Positions 38,902 through 50,224 of a DNA stretch of 64,000 nucleotides are shown here, piece after piece (position 1 is the stretch's first letter; the number at the start of each line of letters is the position of its first letter). Origin of the DNA: Callorhinchus milii (Eukaryota); assembly GCF_018977255.1 (NCBI RefSeq), contig NW_024704742.1:12526001-12590000 (forward strand), given 5' to 3'. The notes beneath the pieces were generated by a model. It was not told the origin of the DNA, did no database searches, and was given only the letters and a program-made list of their open reading frames with translations. Both the position numbers and the translations under genes were made by a program.

Positions 38902-39227
38902 CTGAGACTGAGAGAGAGCGAGAGAGAGACTGAGAGAATGAGAGAGAGAGAGATACTGCGAATGATAGAGTGAGATAGAGAGAGAGAGAGAGAGATACTG
39001 AGACTGAGAGAGAGATAGAGAGAGACACTGAGACTGAGAGAGAGAGAAAGAGAGACTGAGAGAGAGAGAGAGAGAGAAGAGAGAGAGACTGAGAGAGAGG
39101 GGAGAGAGATACTGAGACTGAGAGAGAGAGAGAGAGAGAGACTGAGGGAGAGACAAGAGAGAGAGAGAGAGAGAGAGAGACTGAGACTGAGAGAGGGAGA
39201 GAAAGAGAGACTGAGAGAGAGAGACTG

Positions 39228-39267
<40 letters not shown>

Positions 39268-39566
39268 CTGAGAGAGAGAGATACTGAGACTGAGAGAGAG
39301 AGAAAGAGAGAGAGAGAGACTGAGAGAGAGAGAGATACTGAGACTGAGAGAGAGAGAGAAGAGAGAGAGACTGAGACTGAGCGAGAGAAAGAGAGATACT
39401 GAGACTGAGAGAGAGAGAGAGAGAGCTAGAGAGAGAGAGAGACACTGAGAATGAGAGAGAGAGAGAAACTGTCAGAGAGAGAGAGAGTACTGAGACTGAG
39501 AGAGATAGACTGCGAGAGAGAGAGAGAGAGAGAGAGCTGAGAGAGAGAGAGAGAAGAGAGAGAGAG

Positions 39567-39601
<35 letters not shown>

Positions 39602-39668
39602 CTGAGACTGAGAGAGAGAGAGAGAGAGAGAACAGAGAGAGAGAGGGACTGAGAGAGAGAGAGAGAAC

Positions 39669-39702
<34 letters not shown>

Positions 39703-39766
39703 GAAGAGAGACTGAGAGAGAGAGGGAGAGAGATACTGAGACTGAGAGAGAGAGAGAGATACTGAG

Positions 39767-39801
<35 letters not shown>

Positions 39802-39810
39802 TGAGGGAGA
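37841..39810. repeat. (GA)n-rich simple repeat punctuated by CT/GATACT
   Basis: Direct inspection. Confidence 0.97.
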
Positions 39811-40946
39811 AGAAATCACACAGAAATCGCTTTACATGAAAAATCAAATAATATTTTTTATGTACTTTTTAAAAATTTTAATCTATTTTTAAAAGATTAA
39901 AATGTATTGTTATAAAATTACTAAAATTTTTAATATGTGTTTGGTCATGTGTTTGAGTTCCTGTGCCGCTTTTTCAAAAAGAAATTAAATTTTAAACTAT
40001 GCATTTTAATAATTTAATGTTTTTCAATTATTTTGTTGTACGAAGGAATACATGAAAATTCAAATAATTTTTTTTGAGTGTACCAATCTTAAGGAAAATG
40101 ACATTTGCTGCGATTTTTACATTTCTGTAGATCTTCATTTTGTAAAAAAGCGAATAAAGTAAAATTTTGAAGGCTTAAGTACAATAAAATCAACTTCGAA
40201 CGATATTTCCATCAAAAGTATATTTTCTGTAATAATATCAAGTGAGACAAAATATTTAGATGTTTTAATCATTAGAAATCATTTTATACAAATAATTCAA
40301 AGAGTGTTTTTTGTTTTGCTTATTGAGAAATTTTTGTCAAGTGAAACAACATTCAACAAAATAAAGTTGCGCCGATTTTTAAAAAAATCGATTTCAATAA
40401 AATGTTACGTCAAACATAACAGCCAAATTATACTTGTTTTTGAAAAGATATACAGAAATCGCTTTACATGAAAAATCAAATAATATTTTGTAATGTACTT
40501 TTTAAAAACTTTAATTTACTTTTTAAAATTTTTAATTTATTTTTAAAAGTTTAAAATGTAATGTTATAAAATTATTAAATGTATTAAAATATGTTCAGGA
40601 ATGTGTATGAGATCCTGTGCAGCTTTTTGAAAAACAAGTTACATTTTAAACTATACATTTTAATAAATTAATTTTTTTCAATTATTTTTTAATTCACAAT
40701 TTAAAAATTTAAAATGTAACATTATAATTTTTTAAAAATATCAAGATGTGTTCAGCAGTGTGTTGAGTTCCTGTGCAGATTTTCAAAAATAAATTAAATT
40801 TTAAACTATACATTTTATTAATTTAATTTTTTTCAATTATTTTTCAATTCAATTTTTAAAAAATTAATATGTAAAGTCATAAAATTATTAAAATTATTAA
40901 AATGTGTTCAGGTATGTGTATGATTTCTGTGCATCTTTTTCAAAAA
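39811..40946 (+). repeat. AT-rich satellite block, 156-bp period
   Basis: (C/T)CTGTGC landmark at 40614, 40770 and 40926; ACAGAAATCGCTTTACATGAAAAATC at ~39820 and ~40452. Confidence 0.85.
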
Positions 40947-41015
40947 GTCTCTCTCTCTATCTCTCTCCGTCTCTCTCTCTCTCTCTCTCTCTCTACTCAG
41001 TGTCTCCATCTCTCA

Positions 41016-41068
<53 letters not shown>

Positions 41069-41103
41069 TCTCTCTCTCTCTCTCTCCTCAGTCTCCCTCT
41101 CTC

Positions 41104-41139
<36 letters not shown>

Positions 41140-41398
41140 TCTTCTCTCTCCGTCTCTCTCTCTCTCAGTCTCTCTCTCTCTCTCACTCTCTCATCTCTCT
41201 TTCTCTCTCATCTCTCTCTCAGTCTCTCTCTCTCTCTCTCTCAGTCTCTCTCTCTCTTCTCTCTCTCTCTCTCAGTCTCTCTCTCTCGCTCACTCAGTCT
41301 CTCTCTCTCTCTCTCTCTCAGTCTCTCACGCTCTCTCCCTCTAAGTCTCTTTGTGTCTCTTTCTCTCTCTCTCTCGCTCACTCAGTTTCTCTCTCTCT

Positions 41399-41448
<50 letters not shown>

Positions 41449-41454
41449 CTCTCT

Positions 41455-41500
<46 letters not shown>

Positions 41501-41550
41501 CTCTCTCTTCCCTCTCTCTCTCTCAGTCTCTCTCTCTCCTCTCTCAGTCT

Positions 41551-41585
<35 letters not shown>

Positions 41586-41593
41586 CTATCTCT

Positions 41594-41634
<41 letters not shown>

Positions 41635-41639
41635 CTCAG

Positions 41640-41678
<39 letters not shown>

Positions 41679-41781
41679 CTCTCTCTCAGTCATCTCTCTC
41701 TCNNNNNNNNNNNNNNNNNNNNNNNNNTCTCTCTCAGTCTCTCTCTCTCTCTCTCTCAGTCTCTCTCTCTCTCTCTTCTCT

Positions 41782-41865
<84 letters not shown>

Positions 41866-42046
41866 ATCTCTCTCTCTCTCAGTCTCCTCTCTCTCTCTCT
41901 TTCTCTCTTCTCTCTCTCATCTCTCTCTCTCTCTCAGTCTCTCTCTCTCTCTCTCAGTCTCAGTATCTCTCTCTCTCTCAGTCTCTCTCTCCTCTCTCTC
42001 TCTCTCTCTCAGTCTCAGTATCTCTCTCTCTCTCTCTCAGTCTCAG

Positions 42047-42123
<77 letters not shown>

Positions 42124-42165
42124 CTCAGTATCTCTCTCTCTCTCAGTCTCTCTCTCTCTCTCTCG

Positions 42166-42204
<39 letters not shown>

Positions 42205-42245
42205 CCCCCCCCCCCCCCCCCCCTCTCTCTCTCTCCCTCAGTCTC
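40947..42245. repeat. (TC)n-rich simple repeat with 25-N gap (41703-41727) and poly-C (~42166-42223)
   Basis: Direct inspection. Confidence 0.97.
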
Positions 42246-43165
42246 AGTAATTTGGCTTGTATGTTTTATTTGACTTAACATTTTATTGAAATCGATTTTT
42301 TTTAAAAATCGCCACTTTATTTTTTTGAATCTTAACAAAAATTTCTCAATAAGAAAAAGAAAAACAATCCTTGAATTATTTTTATAAAATGATTTCTAAT
42401 GATGAAAAAATTCTAAATAGTTTATCTCACTTTATATTATAACAGAAAATATATTTTTGATGGAAATATCGTTCGAAGTAGATTTTATTTTACTTAAGCC
42501 TTCAAAATATTATTTTATGCGCTATTTTACAGCGTTTACAAATTGATTGTAAAAATCGCAGCAAATATCATTTTCCTTAAGATTGGTACATACAAAAAAG
42601 GTTATTTGAATTTTGATGTTCGTATTCGTATTCGGGCAAGAAAATAATTGAAAAAAATTTATATTTTTTAAAATGTTATAATATTGCATTTAAAATTTTT
42701 TAAAAGTAAAACTAAAAAAAATTGAAAAAATTAAATGATTAAAATGTATAGTTTAAAATTTAATTTCTTTTTAAAAAGCTGCACAGGAACTCATACACAC
42801 TAGTGAACACATTTTAATAATTTTAAAAATCGCTTAACATTGCATTTTAAATTTTTAAATAGTAACTAAAAAAAATTGAAAAAAATTAAATTATTAAAAT
42901 GTGCAGTTTAAAATTTAATTTCTTTTTGAAAAAGCTGCACAGGAACTCATACACACTAGTGAACACATTTTAATAATTTTAAAAATCGCTTAACATTGCA
43001 TTTTAAATTTTTAAATAGTAACTAAAAAAAATTGAAAAAATGAAATTATTAAAATATATAGTTTAAAATTTAATTTCTCTTTCAAAAAGCAGCACAGGAT
43101 CCCAAACACACTGCTGAACACATTTTCACAAATTTAAAAATTTATAACATTACATTTTAAATTTA
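42246..43165 (-). repeat. AT-rich satellite block, inverted relative to 39811-40946
   Basis: GCACAGG landmark at 42781, 42937 and 43092 (155-156 bp period); 42248-42620 is the approximate reverse complement of ~40060-40430. Confidence 0.85.
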
Positions 43166-43173
43166 AAATCTGC

Positions 43174-44390
43174 TGTTGAAATATATTGGCTATCACCTTG
43201 GGATACATTAGTATATTTCAAACAGCATCCGAATGTTCCAGAAGGTTTGATAGTTAAACGGTTAAAAGTAGCTTTGCTGGACGGGCTGTGGTCAGCTTCT
43301 GATAACTTTTCATATTTTCCTGGGAAAATTTTCACTCCTCTGAGATAATGAGCAATCGGGTCCTTGAGCATAATTGTAAGAACAATGGATCACAGAAAGA
43401 AAAGACTGCAGTCTCATCCTATCTCAAGGCTGAGAATCAAGCAGGGCTGTGGAAGGCTGCCCAGAAGGTGTCTATATCTCTCTCTGTGATTCTCTCTCTG
43501 TGGAAAGCAGCCTCCGAAGAGTGGGGGCTATCTCTGTGACAAGGGGAGGTGGAATTAGTACCACACAAAAGAAAGATGTAACTTTGAAATAGTTGGAGTT
43601 GTGTACAGGGTCAGCACACTTAATCAATACTGATTCTACTGTATCTATGTATATGTACAGGGTGAGGGAATTTACTTCCAGTAAGAAAGTGACCATTAAA
43701 AGTGAAAGAGGAGGAGAAATGGGTAATAAGGTTTTGGTTCTGTTTGCTGGGCAGAGAAGTAATAATAGTAGTTGGTCCGGGGAAACCCGGAAGTCAGGTT
43801 AGACAGTATGAGTGACCTCTAATAGCTGGTTGCGTCTGTTGAGTTTACTGGAGCCACTCTCTGTGGTTTGTTGTATTATTGTCGACTGAACAGTGTCTGT
43901 GTATAACTGGACGGATCAGAGAGTTTACCCTCTTTACTGTTGGTAATATGAAAGTTGTCTCTGAGGGGTATTTCCAGGGGCCGATCTCTCCAGTGTATGT
44001 CAAGGTTGATCCCAGGTCTACTGTTTAGTCTGGAATATGAAAGAAAGGGATTAAGGGATATGGGGATAAGGCAGGCTCAGGTTATTAGCTGGAGTTAGAT
44101 TAGAATATCAGCCATGATTGAATGGCGGGGCAGGCTCGAAGGGACAAATGGCCTACTCCTGCTCCTACATATCATGTTATGAAACAGTGCCTGGATACGT
44201 TTTGTCATCCCTGTATTCTCAGTACTACTGTTTGGCCTGGATTACAGAACAGAGTCTGAATACGTGCTTGTTTTTGTATATCTGTCGTATTATTGTGTTG
44301 TTGTATGTCATAAAGTTAATTATAGATAGTGAGCTTTACTATTTGTTTTATAAAATAAACACTATACTCTTACCATGTCAGTCAGAGACA
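43174..44390 (+). mobile_element. LTR-like segment upstream of pol, with a CR1 tail inserted at ~44040-44180
   Basis: Starts TGTTGAA; AATAAA at 44354 followed by TATACTCTTA(C)CAT as in the 3' LTR; abuts pol directly. No extended identity to the 3' LTR seen by eye. Confidence 0.35.
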
Positions 44391-46247
44391 AGCTGATGCC
44401 CATCACATTTGCCTCCTGAATCCTGACAGGGTGGAAAAGACATTTGATGTCTGCGAGAAACACCTTCTAGCGACTTACTGGGCTGTAAAGCATTTTAACT
44501 TTATTACCAGGCTCCAGAAATTACTCCCCCCACACCCCATTGAACCTCTTGTTGAAGCCTGGGGACACTCTGGTTTCCTCCCAGCACCTAAATCACTGGA
44601 TGTTGCTGCTTATGGAATGCGATTTGGAGGTGGTACCCCAGAAAACTACCTCTTACCGCTTATGATGACCTACGCAGGGATTCATGAATGCCCTTTAACT
44701 CGGCTTGGATTCTGGCAGAGCGTAATGCATCGCCAGAGCATACCAGAGGGCCAAGCTGTGTACATCGACAGATCATCTTTCCATGATCACAGAGCCCCCT
44801 GCACTAGATTCACAATTATCATCCCACGGGATACAGAGATACTGTGCAAATGTGGATACCACTCGGCCCAATCCTGCAAACTCGCAGGCCATCATACATA
44901 CCAGGGACACACCCGCCTATGTGTGGTCTGACAGTGTGTATGTGGTGAACACGGTGATGATGCTGCCGCCCCTATACCAAGTTAACAACTTCTGTACTAA
45001 CGACGGAAAACTGCTGACACAGTGTACATATGGCAATCACTACTGGCTCCTAAGGCTCACTCTTCCTTGGGAAAGTAAAAGGACATGCCCGAGCTTTGGA
45101 TCCCCATCACAGGGAAACTCGGTGGTGGACTGCGCTGCTAAGTATATGCATGAACAGTGGAGGAATAGACCTTATGCCCTCAACCACCTGACAACAGCAC
45201 CCAGGTCGAGGCTATTGCAATTCCCCCCATCCCTGGATTTGGTTGGGTTACAGACATCATATCCACCCTACCGGATGGTCATCAAGTGGCACAAGGAAGG
45301 TCAGCCCCTCCTACAGCCAATTGCCTGGGCCCATCAAACCATTCCGCCTCCTCTGATGCATCTCAGGAACAACTGTTAATGCACATTCCTCACCCCACCA
45401 CAGGTCTACCGGTCGTATGCATTCCCCCTTCTTTGTCAGACGTCTTTACTATCCGCCACTCACACCCCGTCTCAGGCCACATTTCAGCTCCTCTGACCCT
45501 CCAAAACGTCCTCTGCACCATGTGGTGGCCGACAGTGGTATCGAATATTGCTGCACAACCCACCTCCGTGCTGTCAGAGGGCCGCACCCACATGGGTAGA
45601 TAGTGATCAGGGATCCCATTTCACAGGACAAGTGTTTTCCCAGATGCAGGTAATGCTGGGGACAAAACAGAAGTTACATATCTCACACCATCCCTTGTCA
45701 TTAGGGGTGGTGGAAAGGGGAAACCGGACGCTAAAAAACAAGTTTTAAAAAAAATGTTTTGTGTAGACCACCCGGAGCAGTGGACTGAAATGTTATCAAT
45801 GTTTTTAATGGTCATCAGGACGACTCCTCATTCTACCACCAGGATATCACCCTATCAAGCCATGAGAGGAAGACTCATGATAACCCCAGGCCAGATAATG
45901 GTCCCAAGCATTAACCCCATCCAAATGGGGGTGCTTACTGAAAATTGGGTATTCAAAAGAAAGTGTCTTGAGGTAACAATCAACTTGTGGCCACAAATAT
46001 TGATAGATCCCAACAGACAATGCAAAAATGTTTCAACAAAAAAATCATGGTCGCCAAGTACCAGGTCGGTGACCCGCTTATGGTATTAGACTATGGGAAA
46101 AAGGACCACCCCTTCTGCCCAAAATAGCAGGGGTCTTTTCCCATCATAGACAAAGCCAGTCCATCAGTGTACTTGCTGCAATATGCAAAGAATAGTAGGA
46201 AGCACACTCGATGGCACCATATCAACCAATTAAAGAAGGGAAATTAG
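44385..46247 (+). pseudogene. pol: Retroviral-type pol remnant: tether RNase H, second RNase H and integrase
   Basis: DKLMPITFAS*IL..VEKTFDVCEKHLLATYWAVKHF (gypsy-like tether RH); VYIDRSS, HSAQ..LA, VWSDSVYV, GNSVVDCAAK (second RH); HSHPVSGH..WWP; SDQGSHF-35aa-ERGNRTLK; QGSFPII...WHHINQLKK C-terminus. Many frameshifts. Confidence 0.9.
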
Positions 46248-46271
46248 CTGATAATAAGCTGATGAGCCACG

Positions 46272-48706
46272 ATGGGAGGACCACCACATCTTGTACTCCT
46301 GGGTCTTTATGAACACATTTTGATCAGTGGGGTCCAACTAGAACCAATTCCCCTACCAATGGGACGGTTTGACTGCAGCATGTCCCAGGTGACGGGGCCA
46401 CCAGCTTTAAGAATCGGGACTGGATGTTACGGAAAACTATGGGTACGATTCAGCTATCCCCGGGTAACCTGAATGGTCCAGTGCGGTAAAAGGAAAAGAT
46501 GGAGGGACTCCCCACATGCCGGCTGTTCCAGATAAAACCCGCAGGGGGAGCCAAGACCAACTCTTCATGGGTCAAGCTTGCATCGGGCAGCTCAGACGTA
46601 CCAGGGGTCTACTGACCGGCGTTTGTGTTATGGAATAACCCCTTGACCGACCTCAGGATCCTAGCCCAGAATGGACTCTGCCTGTGGAACCAGAATGGGA
46701 CAGAATTCAACACGACAGTGGATGTTGTGGACCGGTGTCTCCCAAGCAATGGGATGCAGGCACAGGACATTAGTATACAGTACACTAATGTAATAAGCCA
46801 GCGTATGTCTGTATGGTCAGGATACTCATTTATTTTGAAATGTACATTACACTTAGACGTAGTGTGGTCCTACAATGGGAGTAGGTATGTGGGCAAATGG
46901 AATGGATATCTATAACCGTCCCAGTAAGAAATTTTGAGGTTTGTAAGACAGGGAAGGGATCCCGGGAAATACCTGGTACTTTCGCCCAGGACAGGTGGGG
47001 ATACCCTATGTAGAAACCACACAGGGAAAGAACTCTAAATGGCTGCTGCATTTCCCCTATGTCTATGCTGGGGATGAAGGCTCATACAAGTGCGGGATAG
47101 ATGTGGGCTCAGCTTATTCAATCCTGGTGGAGGATGCAGTGGGCAAGTACCATACCTTCCGCTTGGAGGTGGAAAGTGAGCCCGAGCCATTGAGAAAGAG
47201 GTCATGTGGGGATTTAACTTTTACCCCAGGCTTGGTAAATGGCTTGGTGCCTCAGGTCACGCAACAGCAGGTATACATGGGGGGGGGGGGCAGTACAAAA
47301 CATATCCAATAATCTTGGATATTTCCGGGCTTGGTCTTCCCATAGGATTGTGTGATAAACACTATTGGGATTGGAACGGACATGTGATGCAACAGTACCT
47401 GGCCCAATTCCATTGGGATACCACTAATGCCCAACCCCTCAAACCACCAATGTGAGCAAAAAATCACTCACGGACTGAGCAGCCGGGAGTGCAGCAGAGC
47501 GAGCAGCACTAAACTGTTTGGATATAGAAAATCAGTACTACAAGTCCCAAAGGTTACAGGAAGCACTAAAAAATCGGCTGTTTAAATTGAATGAACAGGA
47601 CAAAGATGACATTCATGAGCTGGGAGAGGGAGTTCTGTACTTCGATGATGTTGTCTAATCCTTGGCAACCACCCAGGACAAGGTGAACGAGATCCTGGCA
47701 AACCAGGATGACCAGCCGGCTAACTCCTCCTGAGCAACCACCTGCTCCTTGTACCTAGCCTACCTACAACAAATGGTCCAATCCACCTTCCTCTCATTAC
47801 CATAGAATCAGCTACCTACTTGGTTCACTGATGCTTAGCTAGAAGAACTAGTGCCCAGAGAAACCAATTTCTGCTTAGTACGACAGTTCACCCAGGTTAA
47901 GCCCCGAGAATGTCTGGGTTCCCCCTCACTAGATAACATTGGTTTGGTGCTTCAGTTGCCATGGTTCAGGTCACTGTGGCCTTCCCCATTATTTGAAGTT
48001 GCATCAAAGGTGTCGTGCGCCAGGGCCACTGAGTCCAGTATGCCCAATAGCCTCTGTACCTGAATGCAATCCATTGGAAGGGGTTGTGACTGACCAACTG
48101 GGGAGATACTTGGATGTGCCCACTGGAAGAGGTTCCTATCTCCTGTGGGTTTACCTTGTCCTCTTCATCCCCTGAATGTGGGATGACTATAATATCACAC
48201 TGGTCTGGAACCTTGGTATCCTATAAAGGGTGGGGGAATACTGCTACACCTCATCAGAAGCCACCTTCCAGGTAGGGCTAAAAGGATGCCCTCTCCCATA
48301 CACCTCTGCATGTTTCTTCCCTACCATTCCAGTAAAATTGGGGACCCATTATCTCGAACACAAAATCATCCACAATATGATCAGGATTCAGTTACACTCA
48401 AACCTCCATTGAGAGGCATTGGAAGCAATTGCCCAATTTGGTCATCCCATAATGTCCCTGAGCGTGAACCAAATTTTACAGCCCAATATTACCTCACAAA
48501 AGCATCTGCTCCATATCCATGAACAGAATCAAATGACCAATGACTCAATTAGGCATTTAGGAGACCATCACTGGTGGCAGGTGGTATACAATGCAGGACA
48601 ACATCCCTTTGCTCGCTTGGCATCATATACCTCCCTGGTAGTTCAAGTAGCAGTGACGATAATGTTAATCTGGTCCATCCGATGGGTTCATAAGTATGGC
48701 TCGTAA
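46272..48706 (+). pseudogene. env: env-like glycoprotein gene remnant with Ig-like motif and F-type fusion module
   Basis: Lies between integrase and 3' LTR; hydrophobic N-terminus; N-glycosylation sequons (NGT, NTT, NGS, NIT, NDS); GDEGSYKC; mutated (R)AK(R) site followed by SLTD*AAGSAA..AALNCLDIE and a helical region; Cys-rich segment; HHWW plus TM LASYTSLVVQVAVTIMLIWSI. Confidence 0.75.
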
Positions 48707-48797
48707 ATTACAACATTGATGGTCCCAGATGGACCTTATGCCTTTACTGCAAAAATGAGGGGTCAATACTCTGGTATCTCCACCTCAAGGTCGGGAC

Positions 48798-49860
48798 TGT
48801 TAGAATAGACCGATTGTGGGTATAGCGTCATTATAATATGTATGTAATTTTGAAACATGAATACCTTTGTAGGTAAATGTGGTATGGATAAAGTGTGTGC
48901 ATCAGAAGGGTTAAAATGATGGGATGCCGCAGGGTCACAGAGACTTGCCGAGTCAGCAGTAACAGGCAGTCAGGCTGGCACCGGTTCGAAAAGCATGTCA
49001 GGGAGTGAAACAGTGGGGGCAAATAACAGAACTGAACCAATCAGTCCAAAAATTGGCTATAGACATCTATAGAGAATGATGGAACAAGCTGTGCTAGATA
49101 AGGAAGAATGGAGTGCTTGAGAAACAGGCTTAGGCCAGTCAAGATAGGGAAAAGATGATTCAGGGTCTAGACAGAGGTCGACACTCAGGAGGAAGGTCAC
49201 GAGGGGAGGTCTGGCTGACGTCAAGACCTGGGAAGAAAACTATAAAGATAGAGGTAAAAGGTGTTGAAAGGCACAACAGTTGAGGATTACCTCAAGGAGA
49301 AAGCCGAGATCTCCATCCTGCCACTGTTGTCCAGACTTTGAGAATGTGTAGTATGTTTTCCGTTGTTCTGTCTTTAGGTGGGAAGGTGTTAGTTACAGAA
49401 GTAGGTGGTTGAAACTCAGGGAACAGGCTAGGCAGCATGAGAGGGATGCTGGTTTAGAACGTTTGTTTTGATCCTGGCTGCTCTGGAGGCCACCCTTTGT
49501 GACTTCGGGAATTCAGTGTTGTTCATTGTGAGCACTGCGAGAGTCATTCATGTCTGAGGGGTTATTCAAGAATTATCTCTGTGCAAGAGTTGGTTGAAAT
49601 ACAGTCCTGGGTGCCATTCTTCCAGAAGTATGAAGTGAAACTCAGTCTGTGGTGTAGGTCCAGGGTGCTGGACAACAGTGTGCGTTATGCAGTGGTGCTG
49701 GGTCAAAGCGCTGAGCAACACGGGTGTGTGTGTGTGTGTGTGAGTGATAAGGATTAATGTTGTACAAGTATCAATAGTATTACAATTGTAGAACAAATAC
49801 AGGTTTCATCCTAATTAAATGACTCTTATACTCTTATTACCATCTTGTGAATTATTTACA
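48798..49860 (+). mobile_element. 3' LTR of the ERV-like element
   Basis: Degenerate PPT AAGGTCGGGAC then TGTTAGAA; CCAAT 49037, CRE TGACGTCA 49216, TATAAA 49241, ATTAAA 49814; ends ...TTTACA (right boundary inferred). Confidence 0.7.
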
Positions 49861-49894
49861 AATTGTCTGACCCGGTCTGCTCCTCCTGCGGAGC

Positions 49895-50190
49895 ACAGCG
49901 AGCTGTGCACCAGGCTGCGTAGGGCCTGGTCCGTGCCTGCTGCAGAGCACAGTGGGCTGTGCGCCATCCATGGGCCAGGCCGGGCCCTGAACAGCCGGGT
50001 GCACAGCCGTTGCACACTACATTAGGCAAGGACCAGGCCGGGGCCTGCGCGGTCAGAAGCATAGCCCACTGCACACTGCAGCAGGCATGGGCATGGCTGG
50101 GTTGGGCCCTTAGCAGGTGGGTGCACAGCTGACTGCAGGGCCCGGCCCTGTCTGCGCATGCTGCAGAGGGTAGTGGGCTGCGCAGCTGTT
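49895..50190. repeat. GC-rich fold-back repeat
   Basis: 49931-49962 matches the reverse complement of 50059-50090 at 27/32; arms extend to ~49895 and ~50135; a third direct copy lies at ~50155-50186. Confidence 0.65.
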
Positions 50191-50224
50191 CAGCTGTTTT
50201 GCTCACTGTGCTACAGTGTGCAGA

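Noticed and set aside
37362..42338. Long Ser/Leu and Arg/Glu ORFs (up to 532 aa)
   Set aside because: Translations of (GA)n/(TC)n repeats; only the CR1 RT part of 37362-38675 is meaningful.
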